NCBI RefSeq assembly: GCF_006345805.1
Contig: NC_043017.1
Location: forward strand, 1,922,001 to 1,986,000
Origin: Octopus sinensis
Lineage: Eukaryota
Direction of reading: 5' to 3'
Length of the DNA stretch: 64,000 nt
Part shown: piece by piece, positions 26,655 through 42,313 of the stretch
Numbering within the stretch: position 1 is the stretch's first letter
Layout of the letters: every line of letters begins with the position of its first letter
Position numbers and translations under genes: made by a program
The notes under the pieces: generated by a model
What the model was told of the DNA's origin: nothing
Seen by the model: only the letters and a program-made list of their open reading frames with translations
The model's database searches: none

Positions 26655-27200
26655 GGAGAGTTTACGAAACACAACAAAAGACGAAGATAGGTGGTGTAGA
26701 AAACAATCAGATGTATTAGTATAACGCTCAGGAATAGAAAAAGTATTTTACGTTTCGAGCCTACGCTCTTCTACAGAAAGGGATACAGAAAAAAAAAACA
26801 AGGAGAGAAACATGGAGAGAAAAAATGTGTGTAGTGGCTAACGATCTATCATGGTGACTGCTGGACTGAGGGGTCACACAGGAGAGCGAAGAAGTAGGGG
26901 AGATAACAAAGTAAAGATGACCCCCAATAGACCAGATTCGCCTAAAAATAAGATTTATAATCTGTTTTCTGAGCCAGTAACTTTGTTTATAAAAGAGGAA
27001 GCATGCTTCGATACATGTATTTTGCAAGCTGTGAGTTTTGAATTGTGTGAAAACCATGGTCAATTTTGTTTTGTTTTTCTGAATCCATACATGATTTGTC
27101 CATTTTCGTTACTACTACCACAGATTCCTGTCAATGTGCAGTCCAAAATATACCCTTTGGTGACACATGAATTGTATAAATGTATAATTACGTATTAATT
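26655..27200 (-). mobile_element. Penelope-like element 3' relic (GIY-YIG-like C-terminus + pLTR with mutated hammerhead)
   Basis: Degenerate minus-strand translation (C..RVYFG..DRNL..KW.NH..I..N..L..F..HSL...LIFR) resembles the PLE GIY-YIG tail. Followed by CTGTAGA a gagc-gtag-gctc GAAACGTA at about 26749-26776, with core A6 changed to T. Confidence 0.5.
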
Positions 27201-27387
27201 ATGTTATTTATTACCGATTACCAAGCTTGTTTCACAATATGTTTCCTATTGGAATGTCTTTGATCATACAGATTTTCAATCAAGGCTGACTTGATAATAA
27301 ACACCAATAAACTTAGTACCAAGTTACACTAACTTCAAAATCGCAAATCGCGAATCCTATTAGAACGGCGAATGTGTGTGTGTGTGT

Positions 27388-27419
<32 letters not shown>

Positions 27420-28134
27420 TTAGCTGATGCCTGTTCGTATCGATGATTCCATAGTCTTTATTGAATCAACTAATATTCCGTAACTTAGCGGTTCAACAAG
27501 TAGAGCGCAACAAATATGTACCTCAGTGAAGTACCGGAGTTAAATGTTCAGCGATATACAAGCCTCTCCATTGAGCAATGAGTAAAGTCATTAAGTGTAA
27601 GAGAATAAATATGGATTAATATACACCTTGATCTCAACATCCACTCACAAGGCTTTGGTCGGACCTAGGCTATAGTAGAAGGCATTGCTCAAGGTTCCGC
27701 GCATTGTGACTGGACCTAGGACCATGTGCTTGGTAAGTAAGCTACGTAACACACAACCATTCTTTTCCTACACTTATATCATAGACGTTTTTATTGTATT
27801 TATTATATACAATTGTGACACCGTCGGACCGAATGCTGCTGCCTAGGTATAGTAACTATAATAATATCCATCCGATACCTGATTATGAGTGTATTTGTTT
27901 GCTGTTCTCGTAGACTGTGAAACTTCTGTAGCTTTTTCTTTATTATTTCGTAGTTCTAATTTGTTTTCCGTTGAAATTCTGGTTCTCGTAGGGTTAAAAT
28001 TGATCAGGTGTTCAAGGGTTCTTGTATATATACTGTAAAGTGATATTGTCTAATTGCCTCTTCAGCGGGATTCTAATTCTGGTAAGTTTCATACTTGTTT
28101 AGGGGTTTCTAGTCTACAGAGATTATGTTGCAAG

Positions 28135-28137
28135 CAC

Positions 28138-28220
<83 letters not shown>

Positions 28221-28715
28221 CTTTCCCTCACTGTCTCTCTCCCACAACACTCTCCCACACTTACTCACTTACTCTCTCCCACACATTCTTTTGCGTGCTC
28301 TCATCTGCACACTCTCTCACTCGCTCTCTGTTTCTCTTTCTCTCTGTCATACACATACACTCTCACACAGACTCTGTCACTCACACACACAAACACACTC
28401 TTTCTCCCCATCTCTCTCCCTCTCACTGTCTCTCTCACACACACACACTCTCTCTCTCCCTCTCTCTCTTTCTCTTTGTCATACACACACTCTCTCACAC
28501 ACAGACTCTGTCGCTCAAACTCAACCTCTCTCTCACGCACACTCTCTTTCTGTCTCTCTCTCACGCACATACACTCACACTGTTTGTCATACACACACAC
28601 TTATTCTCTCACACACACTTTCTCTCTCTCGCATTCTCTCTCTTACACACACATACACACTCTCTCACACCTTCCCTTTCTCTCTATCTCACACGCACAT
28701 ACATACACACACTCA
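28135..28715 (+). repeat. (CA)n/(CT)n compound low-complexity tract
   Basis: Direct reading. Source of the HTLS-type ORF artefacts. Confidence 0.9.
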
Positions 28716-29644
28716 TATCTGACTATCTTTCGCGGTGTTTTCGATATCCGGACTTCACTCACAATTTTTTTTAGATCGTCAGTAATCCATCATTTCATGT
28801 AATGCTATCGAACCCAGAACCACATCGTTTGGAATCAAAGCTCTTCGCCGTATGACCTTACCTACAACCATTTAATTACGTATGAAAAAAAATCTTACTC
28901 TAAAATTCCAAGTTATACGTCATTGTACCTTTGTTTGTCAAATATGCAATCTCTGTTTTTTTTCCATGAAACCGCTCACCAACGCCCAATGTTGAAACGT
29001 GACTATGATGAAGGGTAATGAAGCGAAACAAACCAACAAACAGCGGGCAAAAAAAAAGTGCTGTGCAATATTTATTTACGTATTCGAATTCCACCAAAGC
29101 TGAAAATCCTCATAGATACGAGCCTTAATCGTAATTGCTAAAGCAAAGTCAATGACAACTGATGAACACAACGTTACAAGTGCGATACGTTAATTGAGAG
29201 GCTAAACCAACACAAACTAACTATATTACAAATGTAATAAAACTAATTCATCTTCAGTTGACAGCTTTATTAATATAGGAACAGCAAAACAGAACAGTTT
29301 ACATTCAGTGGAAACATCTGCCTTCTCAGCTAATTCACCATCATTGCCACTTTGCTCATCAAAGTTTAAAGGTTAACGTTGATATTCGTTTTACATTAAA
29401 TGGTGTCTTTTATGCTGTGTCACCCTTTAATAATTTATGTTTTTTCTCGAAGTCTTACTCGTCCTATCAAAGTTAAAATCCAGCTTAACTCGATCTAAGT
29501 TGTTCAGTGCCTCACTCCAGATTTCAAGCTCTGAGAGAAACACAGATATCTCGGCCCTACTGTGACTGAAACAAGGGTGCAATACTTAGCGTATACGTAT
29601 CTAATAATTCGGTGTCTATATATAATTATGTGTGTTTGCATGCG

Positions 29645-29814
29645 TGGGTGTGTGGTAAGAGCTCGTTTGGCACCTTGGGAAAGTATCTTCTACTATAGCC
29701 TCGGGACGAACAAAGCCTTGTGAGTAGATTTGGTTGACGGAAAACTGAAAGTAAACCGTCACACAAACACACACAGACATATATATATATACATACGTAC
29801 ATATTTATATATAT

Positions 29815-29861
<47 letters not shown>

Positions 29862-30241
29862 ATATATATATATTATATATATGCATATATACATACATAT
29901 ATGTACATACATACATATATATATATATACACATGCATATATGGGTAACAGACATCAATTAAAAGAAACGTAGACACAATGAGACACGAAAACATAAACA
30001 CAAAAACATAGAACACGAACTTTTTTTCGAACAACGAAAAACAAAGAAACGAGACAGGCAACATAAAGATCATCCCCCCTTCATCAGTTATATACTTTTA
30101 TAATATATAAACTGTCCGACGAACGGCAACGTGAAACTCTGAGTAACAGCATTTGCGATATTTTTGCTGCGTTTTTATAAAGCATATTACTCTAACTCTA
30201 CTATTTTTACCACCTTGTTTTGCATTTATGTGCTGGCACTG

Positions 30242-30278
<37 letters not shown>

Positions 30279-30480
30279 TGTGTCTGTGTTTGTCACCCCA
30301 TCCGATGTTGGTGTGTTTACGTTCCCGTAAATTAGCGGTTCGGTAAAAGACACCGATAGAATAAGAACTGGGCTTACAAAGAATAAGTTCTGGGGTCGAT
30401 TTGTTCGGTTGAAGGTGGTGCTCCAGCATGGCCGCAGTTACATGACTGAAACAGATAAAAGAGTAAAAAAATAAAAGAGA
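29645..30480 (+). mobile_element. SINE family B split by microsatellite and an unrelated ~300-bp insert (about 29940-30240)
   Basis: 5' half at 29645-29762, 3' half at 30240-30480. Confidence 0.7.
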
Positions 30481-32268
30481 GACATGCATGCTTATATACA
30501 TACAAACATACATACATCCGTACTTGCATACAAACATACATACGTACATGCACACATGCATGCATGCATAATACATACATACATATAAATATATACGAGC
30601 ATGTCTAGATAAGCAACTGTATGCATGGGAATACATGCATAAAACAAAACAAACATACATACATACATATCTACATACCCTTCTTTTAATGTTGAAATTC
30701 CAATAATAAAGCCTTGTATCTAGGTTAGAAACCGGCTCTGTCTCTATTGGCTAGAAATCTTGAAATAAAACTGAATAATGTCATAAATACATGCATACAT
30801 ACATAAATATGTATGTACATCTGTAAGTGTGTGCGTATATGTGTATGTATATATTCATATGTCGGGGGTGGGGGGTTAAGATGATACAGGGTGAAAGAGG
30901 TTGGTTCGGTTGTTCAAGGATGTCTGCAGACTAAACAGAATTATGCGCGTGGTGTCGCGAGATTCGTTATCAAAGCTTTGTTATTTCTACTGCTTTCAGC
31001 AATTCAGCTGAGGATCTCACGCCTTTCTTGAAAATGAAAATATTGTTAACGTATAACGTATCATGGGAAGTAGGCAAAATCGCTAATTGAACCCGCTTCT
31101 CGAACATACATTACCAGTGTCTTATGATATGGAGAAACCCAGTTCATATAAGACTACACAGTAAATTCCTCAAATACTTGTTTATTTGTCCCAAGAGTTG
31201 AAGCTACCGGATCAAGTATCACATCTATTATTCTAATACCTATGAAATCTTAGAATCCTATTATTAGATCTTCCCCTTGATAAAACCCATTGAATTTACC
31301 CATGTATTCGTTTTAAACATTAATTAAGACCATACGCTGTATCTATTGATGCTGAGGCAATTTGATCAGGGCACATTTGCATGAAAAGCTATCGTAATTA
31401 TGAATAGTTGCTATCTTTGCATCTCTTATCGTCCCTTAAGCATTACATTTATGGATATTTATGCATATGTGATATCTATCTATATTTTATAATTGCTATA
31501 TTTTAATCTCATTTTAATTTAATCTGAGGTGCATTCTCTCCTCCGTTCCCTACTCCTACATTAACCTATGTGTGTGTGTGTGTGTTTCAACTCGTAAATT
31601 AGTGAATGAGTGATTGTATGCGATTTCTATGTTGTGTTTGCGTTTCTGTGTTTGTGTATGTTTGTATTCGTGCGTATGTATGTGTGTTTGTGCATTTATT
31701 GATACGTCTGTGTGAGTGTGTGTGTGAGAGCGCATGTGTAGGCGCACAAGCTGTGTATTATATCAAGTTCGCATAAAGAATATCATGTTTAAGTGCAAGT
31801 AGATGTTACTCTGCATTTCTATGAATAAACACAGTGCTATGTGCACAAGTGATGTGTGTCTATGTGTGCGTGCGTGCGTGTGTACGTGCGTGTGTGTGTG
31901 CGTGTGTAGGTGGGCGGCCCGTAAACTTATTCAGCTGTCCTTTTCACAAATGTAACGCAATGCCACATGAACCTCGCATCCGCTTCACTGAATGAGTGTG
32001 TCAGTTGCTCCATCAACGGAAACATATATGCATTGAATTATAAGTGGTTGAACATTCTGTTGACATTCGAACCTTCAACATAATTCTCAGGAAAAAACTG
32101 GGTGCCATTGTGCGCAACGAGGACGGCCCTTTGAGGTAGTCTTTCAATTTGAATTACATAATAGTGTATAATAGTGTATCTATAGATTACTCTTTGGCTG
32201 CTGTTTCGACCGTTTTACTCAGCCACCTCTTTTCCATCCATCTTTTCTCTCTCTCGTCATTTATCTTT

Positions 32269-32754
32269 CCCCAGGGCCAGACCCTCAATCGAGAGTTCTA
32301 CTGAGATTTTTTGAAGTGTTTAGGGGAGGACATTCGTGATAGAGACCGGATCTGTGGAGCGCGGAGAATTGAGTTCTTCATCTTGATAATGCACCCTGTC
32401 ACCGACTTCTTCTAACGCATGAGTTTCTCGTCAAAAAGAACGTGGCATCACTTCCACGTCCACCATATTCGTCTCACTTAACCCCTACCGACTTCCATCT
32501 GTTTACCCAAGATAAAAATACAGCTCAAAGGCCGCCATTTTAGCATCGTTGTCGAGGTCCAGAGTGAACTGCAAAAATCCCTCCACTCGTTTATGGAAAT
32601 CGACTTCTAGGTCGGATTCCAAAAGTGGCAGAAGTGCTGCGACTGACATATTACTGCACAAGGGGAATATTTCGGAGGGAATAAGGTTAAAAGTTAGGTA
32701 AATAAGTTATTTTTATTAAACATATCTAGCCCGGAAACTTTTTGTACGACATCG
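32269..32754 (+). mobile_element. Mariner (irritans-like) transposase C-terminal relic with 3' TIR
   Basis: PQGQTLNREFY..LHLDNAPCH..PPYSSHLTPTDFHLF..KIKIQLKGRHF..FQKWQKC..QGEYFGG with stops and frameshifts. Ends ccggaaactttttgtacgacatcg+TA. Confidence 0.85.
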
Positions 32755-33240
32755 TATGTACGTACGTACGTATGTATATATGCATGTATGTATGCATCAC
32801 AACTGTATAATAATACTATCGGCTTGAGGGCCTACCACAAAAAGCGCTCCAGAAAAAGGAATAAAACGAGGGGACAAATTAATAAGTCACGCTTTAATAG
32901 CAAATGTTATAAAAGTGAAACTAATGATTTACCAATCGAAAATAAGGGATGAAACGGGAAACCTCACGGAAGCAAAGAAATCTCATTTCTGTTAAAGTGA
33001 AGATAATTATAAAAGCTGCTTCTTAAAATATAAATGCTGAATCAGAAATGAAGAAACGGGAAATGCTGTAAATATTTATGGCAATTTGCAGGAGTATGGT
33101 TTGGTTGATCCATTTGATATCTTGCGAATAAATGAAAAGCCGATCAAACCACAAAATATTTATTTTTAAAAAATGAATTCAAGCTGTGCAACATTCCTAC
33201 ATTTATCTCCCACATTCATTCTTACTCTCCCCGTCGGTAT

Positions 33241-33280
<40 letters not shown>

Positions 33281-33396
33281 CTCTCAGCATTGTTGCTTTC
33301 TGTACCTATCTATCAATCTATATTTCTATCTATTTATATATATATCAATATGTCTGTCTCTCTCTCTGTCTCTATATATATATATATATACAGTAT

Positions 33397-33459
<63 letters not shown>

Positions 33460-33884
33460 TAGATATAGATATATACATATAGATAGATATATAGATACAT
33501 ACATACATACATACATACATACATACATACATACGTGCATACATACATACATAGACAGATAAATAGATACATACATACCCATTTATCTTTCCATCCATTT
33601 ATCGATCTGTCTATCGATCTATCTATCTATGATCTATCTATTTATCTGTTTAACAATCGATCGATCTCCCTAGTTATTCATCTATCTCTCTATACATCTA
33701 TCCATCTGATGATCTCCCTCTCTCTCTCTCTCTGTCTCTCACTATATACATATATATATATACATACATGTATATATGTATACATATATATATATCCTAT
33801 TTATATCTATCTATCCAACAATCTGTCTGTCTGTCTGTCTATCTTTCTCTCGGTCTGACACTCTTTCTCTCTCTATCTTTCCAT

Positions 33885-33992
<108 letters not shown>

Positions 33993-34224
33993 AATCCAAC
34001 GGGAAACAAAAAAACAACAACAATGGAACAAATACAGTATTATTATTAATAGGCGCTCAGGAAATGAAATATATATATATATATATATATATGCATATAT
34101 ATATATATATATATTTACGCTCACACACACCACACGCACATGCACACACACACAAACACACACAAACACTCACCCCTACAAACACATATATGCACATAAA
34201 TATACATACATAAATGTACATAAT

Positions 34225-34268
<44 letters not shown>

Positions 34269-34935
34269 ATATATATATATATATTCACATATATGAACAC
34301 GTACATATGTATGTTTGTACAGCTGACTGCATTCATGTACACCTGGTTACATATATTCACATCTACCCGGACATATAAAAGCACAACCACCAAATCTTAT
34401 ACAATAAATAATTACAAGAATTTCACAAACGCTTAATTCCATTGCACTCTTTGAACTCCAGAAGAATGTTCCTGGTGCAACGTAATGGTTATTCAGTTTC
34501 CACTGTTTAATGCTACAGCTTTGCGACTGTCATTCTTCGATGGACAAACAATATAATCGTTCAGAGCCAGCGTTTCTTAGATCTTTCGTTACCATTGTCT
34601 GACCAAATTGAAATTCACTGCAAAACTAAAATAAATGATGTAGTAGGAGATGTTCAGAGTATTTGGGAGGGTGGGGTGGAGGTAATGTTGTTGCAATAAC
34701 CGCTTGTGTTTACGGGAATATTCAGGCAAATCTAACATATCTATATTTTAGATTTGTAGAAGCAAAAACATAATGACATACATACATACATACGTGTATA
34801 TATATATAGATAGATAGATAGATAGATAGATATATATATATATAGATAGATAGATAGATAGATAGATATATAGATACGTATATAGATATGTATATATGTA
34901 TGTAAATATGCATATATATATATATATGTATATAC

Positions 34936-34991
<56 letters not shown>

Positions 34992-35062
34992 ATACATATG
35001 TATATATATTCTTATATATTTATGTGTTTTTATGTATATATATGTGTGTATATATGAATATG

Positions 35063-35095
<33 letters not shown>

Positions 35096-35447
35096 GTGTG
35101 TATATGTATATATATATGTATATATATGTATATATATACATATATATATGCATGCATGTATGTATATGTGCAAGTATTTGTACATGTAGTTTGTATAAAT
35201 GAGGGAATGTAGCTTACGTGTGTATATATACACATATGTATATGCATGTATGTATGTATATGCACACACAAATATAGTAAAAGAGAGAAAGAGAGAGAGA
35301 GGTGCACACGCAGTCATTCGGATACATCATATTTTTGTGGGGAAACAGACAAACTTTATGCCTGTATGTATGCGTGCGCACAGTGTGTATGTGTGTGTAT
35401 GTGTGCATGCATTTGTGTGCATGTATGGGTGCGCACGCAAGTGTGTA

Positions 35448-35482
<35 letters not shown>

Positions 35483-36204
35483 ACAAATAGAGCAAGATTG
35501 ACTGTCAAACGGACAGACAGATACATTCGGAGATTGCTGTCCCAAACTCATTCTATTGTCTATGAGGAATCTGTTCATTTTCATTGTTACCATGTAAAAC
35601 TAAATGGGAAAACGCAATTTATTTTGAAACGTACGTAGCAAAAAAGACTTTATATAACACAAACATGCAAACACACACATACATGCATTCATACATATAT
35701 ATACATATATACATACATACATACATACATACATACATACATACATACATACATACATAACATACATACATACATACATACATACATATGTGTGTGCGCA
35801 CCCACACTGACCCACACATATACGCACAAGGAAAAAGAACGCAACTCGGATAATTGACAGAGTCAACTACTATTGAAAAGGTTGCAAGATGCAACGAAAA
35901 TTTCAGAATAATGAATAAGTAAATGAGTGGAAATCGAATCGGTGAGTGTGTTAAATAATGAGGCACTAAAAAAGAATGACTCTCCCCAGACACAACAAAA
36001 TATTCTTCAACACACGAATTCACATAAAGAATCTTGCTAACCAAATCGAAAAACCAAATTTATGTAACATCTTGGTATTAATAACAGCATAAGCAATGCT
36101 GTCTACCATGACAATAGAGTTAACAATTTATATGAAGATGATGATGTTGATTATTGGAAGGGGGTGGGGCAGTGAACAAGTTATTGAGGATAATGAGTAT
36201 ATTC

Positions 36205-36575
36205 TTTACTCTCTCTTTTACTTGTTTCAGTCATTTTACTGCGGCCATGCTGGAGCACCGCCTTTAGTCGAGCAAATCGACCCCAGGACTTATTCTTTGT
36301 AAGCCTAGTACTTATTCCATCGATCTCTTTTGCCGAACCGCTAGCTCACGGGGACGTAAACACACCAGAATCGGTTGTGAAGCGATGTTGGGGGACAAAC
36401 ACAGACACACAAACATATACACACGCATACATATGTATATATATAGACATATATACGACGGACTTCTTTTAGTTTCCATCTACCAAATCCACTAACAATG
36501 CTTTGGTCGGCCCGAGGCTACAGTAGAAGACACTTGCCCACGGTGCTACGCAGTGGTACTGAACCCAGAACCATG
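36205..36575 (-). mobile_element. SINE family B
   Basis: Reverse complement of the family B centre and tail. Confidence 0.85.
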
Positions 36576-37682
36576 TTTTGAGTCCAATATATGAAGATAT
36601 AACCCTTACATTTGTCCCGACGCGAAAACTCCCCTTCTTCTCTCGCTATTTTTGTTAGGTTTTGGAGATAAACTTTCCTCTAATTCTCTTTCCTTTGTTA
36701 TTTTGCAAATTTTGTTCAGGATCCATCACCTTCTCTTTACAAGACGATGGAAAATTACTTCCACTTGCTACAGTCGGGCGAAGGCTTTTTATTTATTGCT
36801 TTCATATATTTTTGCAGTTTTCTATTCTGTTCTGCCTTTTTCGTCTTGTATGTTTTTGAAATATTCTTGCGATTACAAAATCTAAATGTTTTCTGGAATA
36901 TTATAAAACAGCCAATGGCTGAACTTCAACCATCCTCGTATAATGTTTCTACACGCTCCAAAGAAATCGGACATTTCCTCTTTGGAAGGTGTCAACATCA
37001 TATTTTCTATTTATTTTCTTTATACAGAGGAATATTTTTCCATTCGCTTATAACGCTTAACAAATCAAAGATGCACAGCTTTATAGAGCTCCGTTGCACG
37101 AGCCAATCAGTTTTAGGAGTTAGTACCTATTGTCAAGGGATTTTATTCCGTATATAAACATAGATTAATAGATTTCTTGTTTGAGAACCATTATAATTTA
37201 AAATTCAGGTTTGCAATTTTTGAAAATGTATATTAATTCGACACGCACATACGCACGCACCCATACTCACACAAACATGCACACATACAAACAAACGTAC
37301 ACACACACAAACACACATATTTTCTTTAAAGCAGAGAAACTAGAACAGAGACTTTGAATCACTGATATTTTCCTTGGTCAAAAATTTTGCAAGTACTATC
37401 ATGTACGTATTGAGTTCAATTTCACCCATTTATATAAACTATCTGATGCACACACTTATATATATATATATATATGTGTGTGTGTATGTATATGTGTGTG
37501 TGCCTGTATATATTTGCATATCTCTGTCTATCTATTTATCCATTAATATATTCAATATATATATATATATTATATATATATATTATATATATATATATTT
37601 ACATATTCGTATGTATATACATGCATATATCTATACACGTGTACATATACATATATAAGTACGTACATACGCATGCATGCAT

Positions 37683-37738
<56 letters not shown>

Positions 37739-39015
37739 GTTGGATTTAGAGCCATTGATGTTAAGCGCCATGATTGAGAAAAGAATTTTAAAAGAAGAGA
37801 AAATCAATTTAATTCTATTCTGACTTTGAACTTTAATTCAAGCATGGCATTGTAGCCTATTACATGATTAAACACTCGCAAATCGCATACATACTCAGGC
37901 ACTGAAGGATACACAAGCAGAAAGAAGGAGAGGGAGAGGGAGAGGGGGAGAGAGAAAGTGGGGGCAAATAATGAGAAGTAATATCTCGTACCATTTCTAA
38001 TCAATTCTACATGGCTGAAGAATAGGAAATAAAGAATTTCACAGAACAGGATATGGCAAATAGATTGCATTCGAATATTTAATTCATTAAATATTCGAAT
38101 GTGATCGGGGTTTTGGTTTAAACATATATTTTTTTTAACGTTATAAGGGGCTACAATGAAAAGCGATCTATCAAAGTGTAAATGATATAGATTGCCAGGG
38201 GTTAATTTGAAATGCTCCGTTGTTTAAGTTTCATATATTTCGTTTGAGAATGTTTTCTGGAATATGCTACAAGTTAAAGCCTCAGCGCAGTAATAATAAC
38301 TCCTGTTGCTCTAGAAATAACAAGGGAACCTCTCTGGGATCTTACAATTCTAACTTAAAAATAAGCTATTTTAATATTCATGTGTCCCAGACTACAGACA
38401 TCTGTAAACATAAACTGTTAGGTTAATATAATAAAAAAATACGCTTAGAAGAGAGATGATACGATTGGCAAACGCCGGGCGTTTATCATTCTCGGAGACT
38501 ATCCTGATGACTTCGTTTCCAAGTCGAAACGAAGGCTAAACAACCCGGCGGAATTTGAATTTGGGTGAATTAGTCTTAAAATAAATAGCTATCAATTTTC
38601 TTTCTAACTTTGGACGGTTACTAACTTTTAGAGGTAGGTTCTTCAAAGAGAGCTTGATTTATGGCTCTGCCACTTAAACTGCCTCTTCCTTGCTAACTGT
38701 TACAGTTTTAGCTGCGAAACATGAGATACACCACACATATAGACTATGCAGTCTTTACAATAGGTCAGGTATTTCAGCGTAATTGCCCTTCATCAGTCCC
38801 GTTGAATAACAAAACATACGACAGCATAGCTATAGAAAATATAATGGAAGACAATATAACAAGAACGTGGTGTAGAGATCTGCAAGAGAGGGAAAACGAA
38901 ATAATTATAATCACTCAACGGTGAAAACAAACATCCGATTTGTTTGACTAAAACCCTTCCAAGTTATAGTCCATAATGACTGCTGTCAGAATGACCGAAA
39001 CGGGTAAAAGATAAC

Positions 39016-39085
<70 letters not shown>

Positions 39086-39087
<2 letters not shown>

Positions 39088-39641
39088 GCCCTGATGCAGT
39101 ACCTGGCAGTGGCTCTCATGGCTTCTGATCTTAACTGATTGGAAGTGTTATCATGTACATTGTTTTGTCTTGGTATAAAAGATGGGCTACAGCAAATATT
39201 CTGCTCAATACCACAGATTTGCTTGTCAGTTGTTTGACCTTAACCAGTTGAGCATGTCCCTTAGTGGCTGACGATATGTGCATCTCTGATCACGAGCAGA
39301 AGTAGTGGGGGAGCATCATAGCCATGTGTTGAGAAGGATTCTTTGGGGTTTGAATAATTCACCTCTGGAAACATGGGTGTTTCGTTCAACGTCCTTAAAC
39401 AACCCTTATTCAGGGACCGTTTGAGCGGAATGGGTTACTCGATCTGAAGAAAATTCTAACTGGGCTCCACCTGCAAGGTCATGTGCTGTTTATCTTGATA
39501 TGAGATCACCATGTCGCGCACATATGGTTGTGGTGCATGTGCCTGGTGTACCCTTATCAGACGGGTAGTCATGATGGGTATACTGGGCTTCGTATATTTT
39601 ACCCCAGTGTCACTTTGATGGCATGCTCTGCTCGCTCACTC
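39086..39641. mobile_element. Unclassified ~555-bp element flanked by (AAT)n on both sides
   Basis: Higher-GC unique-looking block with sharp edges between (AAT)n at 39017-39083 and 39642-39658. I recall it as an abundant octopus repeat (unverified). Confidence 0.55.
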
Positions 39642-39854
39642 AATAATAATAATAATAATTGATGGAAACAGACAGAGAAGTTTATTGAGGGAAGATAATA
39701 ATTTGCAAGGCTTCTGTACAAGTCCGAGGTAAATGGTGAATAGAAACATACGAGACAAGGATATGCAATTCTATTCTATCTAAAGAAGATACTGAATCAT
39801 TCAGAAGATACAAGACTTAAATCAGTCTGCTGAGGTGACAAACAGACACACAGA

Positions 39855-39927
<73 letters not shown>

Positions 39928-39987
39928 ATACACACACAGACAAACACACACAGACACACACGCACTGAGTCACATATATATATATGC

Positions 39988-40018
<31 letters not shown>

Positions 40019-40054
40019 TACACCCATACGTTTATCAATATGATGTATATATTC

Positions 40055-40128
<74 letters not shown>

Positions 40129-40516
40129 GTGATATAGATTAAGAACTCACAGGTGCAGATTCATGGTCTCACGAGACAAACGGATGCATAAAACACACAT
40201 AAGCACTTCACAATTCTGCATACATATAATATATATCTACATATATATGTGTGTACGTATACATGCGCGTGTATGTATTCGTATATGTGTGCGTGTGTAT
40301 ATATGAAGCTATAGATATATAGATAGATACATACATACATATATACATATATAGATACATACATACATACATGGAGATAGATTGATTGATTTATATGTAC
40401 ATACATAAATTTTGATGCATAGATATGCGTGTATGCGTCTATATATATACATGCAAACACACAGACATATGTATATATATATATATACGCACGCACACAC
40501 GCACATATATAAATAA

Positions 40517-40607
<91 letters not shown>

Positions 40608-41097
40608 TTACACACATATGTATGCCTGCATGTATATATGATATCGTGCGTAACTTATTCTTAGTGCTCGTGACAGACATCAGATTTCTCTATCAAAACT
40701 CAACTTATCTCTAATATCTCCGTAACAACTCGCAACTTGCCTCGTCTCTCTTCTCACCTCGTTCATATTAAACCGCACATCACCTAAAGAATAATTTTCG
40801 TGGATTAGCAAGGAGTGTTCTGTGTAAGAGGAGAAAATATCATAACTTTAATTAAATACCATGATCAGCTCTGGAACCCCGTAGACTTTCTTTTGGTTGT
40901 GTGCGAAAGGAAGGAAAATGAAAAAAGCAAAAAAAAAAGCGTTTAATTATTCTTCGTAAACAACAGCTGCAAAGTAAATTTCGATTTAAGAACGTATGTG
41001 CGTACCTTTGGACATGACTGTAAGTGTGCGAGTGTATATGTGTTATATATGAATAATATGTGTGTACATATATATACACACACTCATACATACATAC

Positions 41098-41138
<41 letters not shown>

Positions 41139-41337
41139 TATATGTTATATATATATATGTTACATGTGTAAACATATACACGCACTCACATACATATATA
41201 TATATATATATATCATACATATACATATATATATATATATACAGAGAGAGAGAGAGAGAGAGAGATACATACATACATACGTACATACATGTGTGCGTAT
41301 GCATAGCAGAGAGAACGTGTATATGTATATGTATATG

Positions 41338-41456
<119 letters not shown>

Positions 41457-41584
41457 ATATATATACATACATACGTGTGCATGTCTGCGTGTGGCTGCTT
41501 CTCATTCCTCCCTCTCTCTCTCTCTCTAATATATGTACGCGCAGATATCTACGGAGAGAGAGGGTGCGAGAGAAATTGATAGAT

Positions 41585-41717
<133 letters not shown>

Positions 41718-42313
41718 TTAGAAAGTTAATGTTTATTACCGATCTTTGAATCATGAGTAGAGAAATTCATAATTTCACACACCTTCTTCCTGAATCTGAA
41801 TATTTCTCAATATGTTAATCAAATTCCTCATCATTTTTATTGCGTTAGATGTAGTCTCGGCTATAAGTGATAGCTTTTTTTTCCCTACAGTTTCCAGCGT
41901 TGGTGAATTATTCTGTTGTAATTTCTAAATTTTCCATGATATCAACCGTTTTGTAGTTTGAACAATGTATTTTGAACCATTATGCTATTTTCTTCTGCAT
42001 AAAATCTCCGGTAGAATTTCTTATAATTATAATAAAGCCTCTGTTTCTCATTAGTGCTTTGATATCGGTTGTTATATTCACAAATTTTTGGCCTCCAGTC
42101 TAAGGCCCACCATTTCAAATAAAACAACTGGTTACATGGCATAATAATCTATAGCAGTGATTCTCAACTGGGGTTCATAGGACTCTTTAGGGTCCATATA
42201 CGATTTTGTTATTCAATTTTATGAGCAATAAATTGATTATACGACTACAATACACAAAATGTTTTTGCTTTTTTGTAGAATTCCTAATAGTATTTAATTA
42301 TGAAAAAATAATA

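Noticed and set aside
30070-30095. Minus-strand CTGATGAagggg
   Set aside because: No matching stem II or GAAA partner nearby.
36085-36205. Acidic/aromatic open stretch LGINNSISNAVYHDNRVNNLYEDDDVDYWKGWGSEQVIEDNEYI
   Set aside because: Short, with no start or donor site, runs into a SINE, and partly (GAT)n-like low complexity.
38770-38800. Minus-strand ggga-CTGATGA-a-gggc-aatta-cgct-GAAATAC hammerhead-like motif
   Set aside because: Stem II and stem I pair poorly and there is no U16.1. At best a dead relic.
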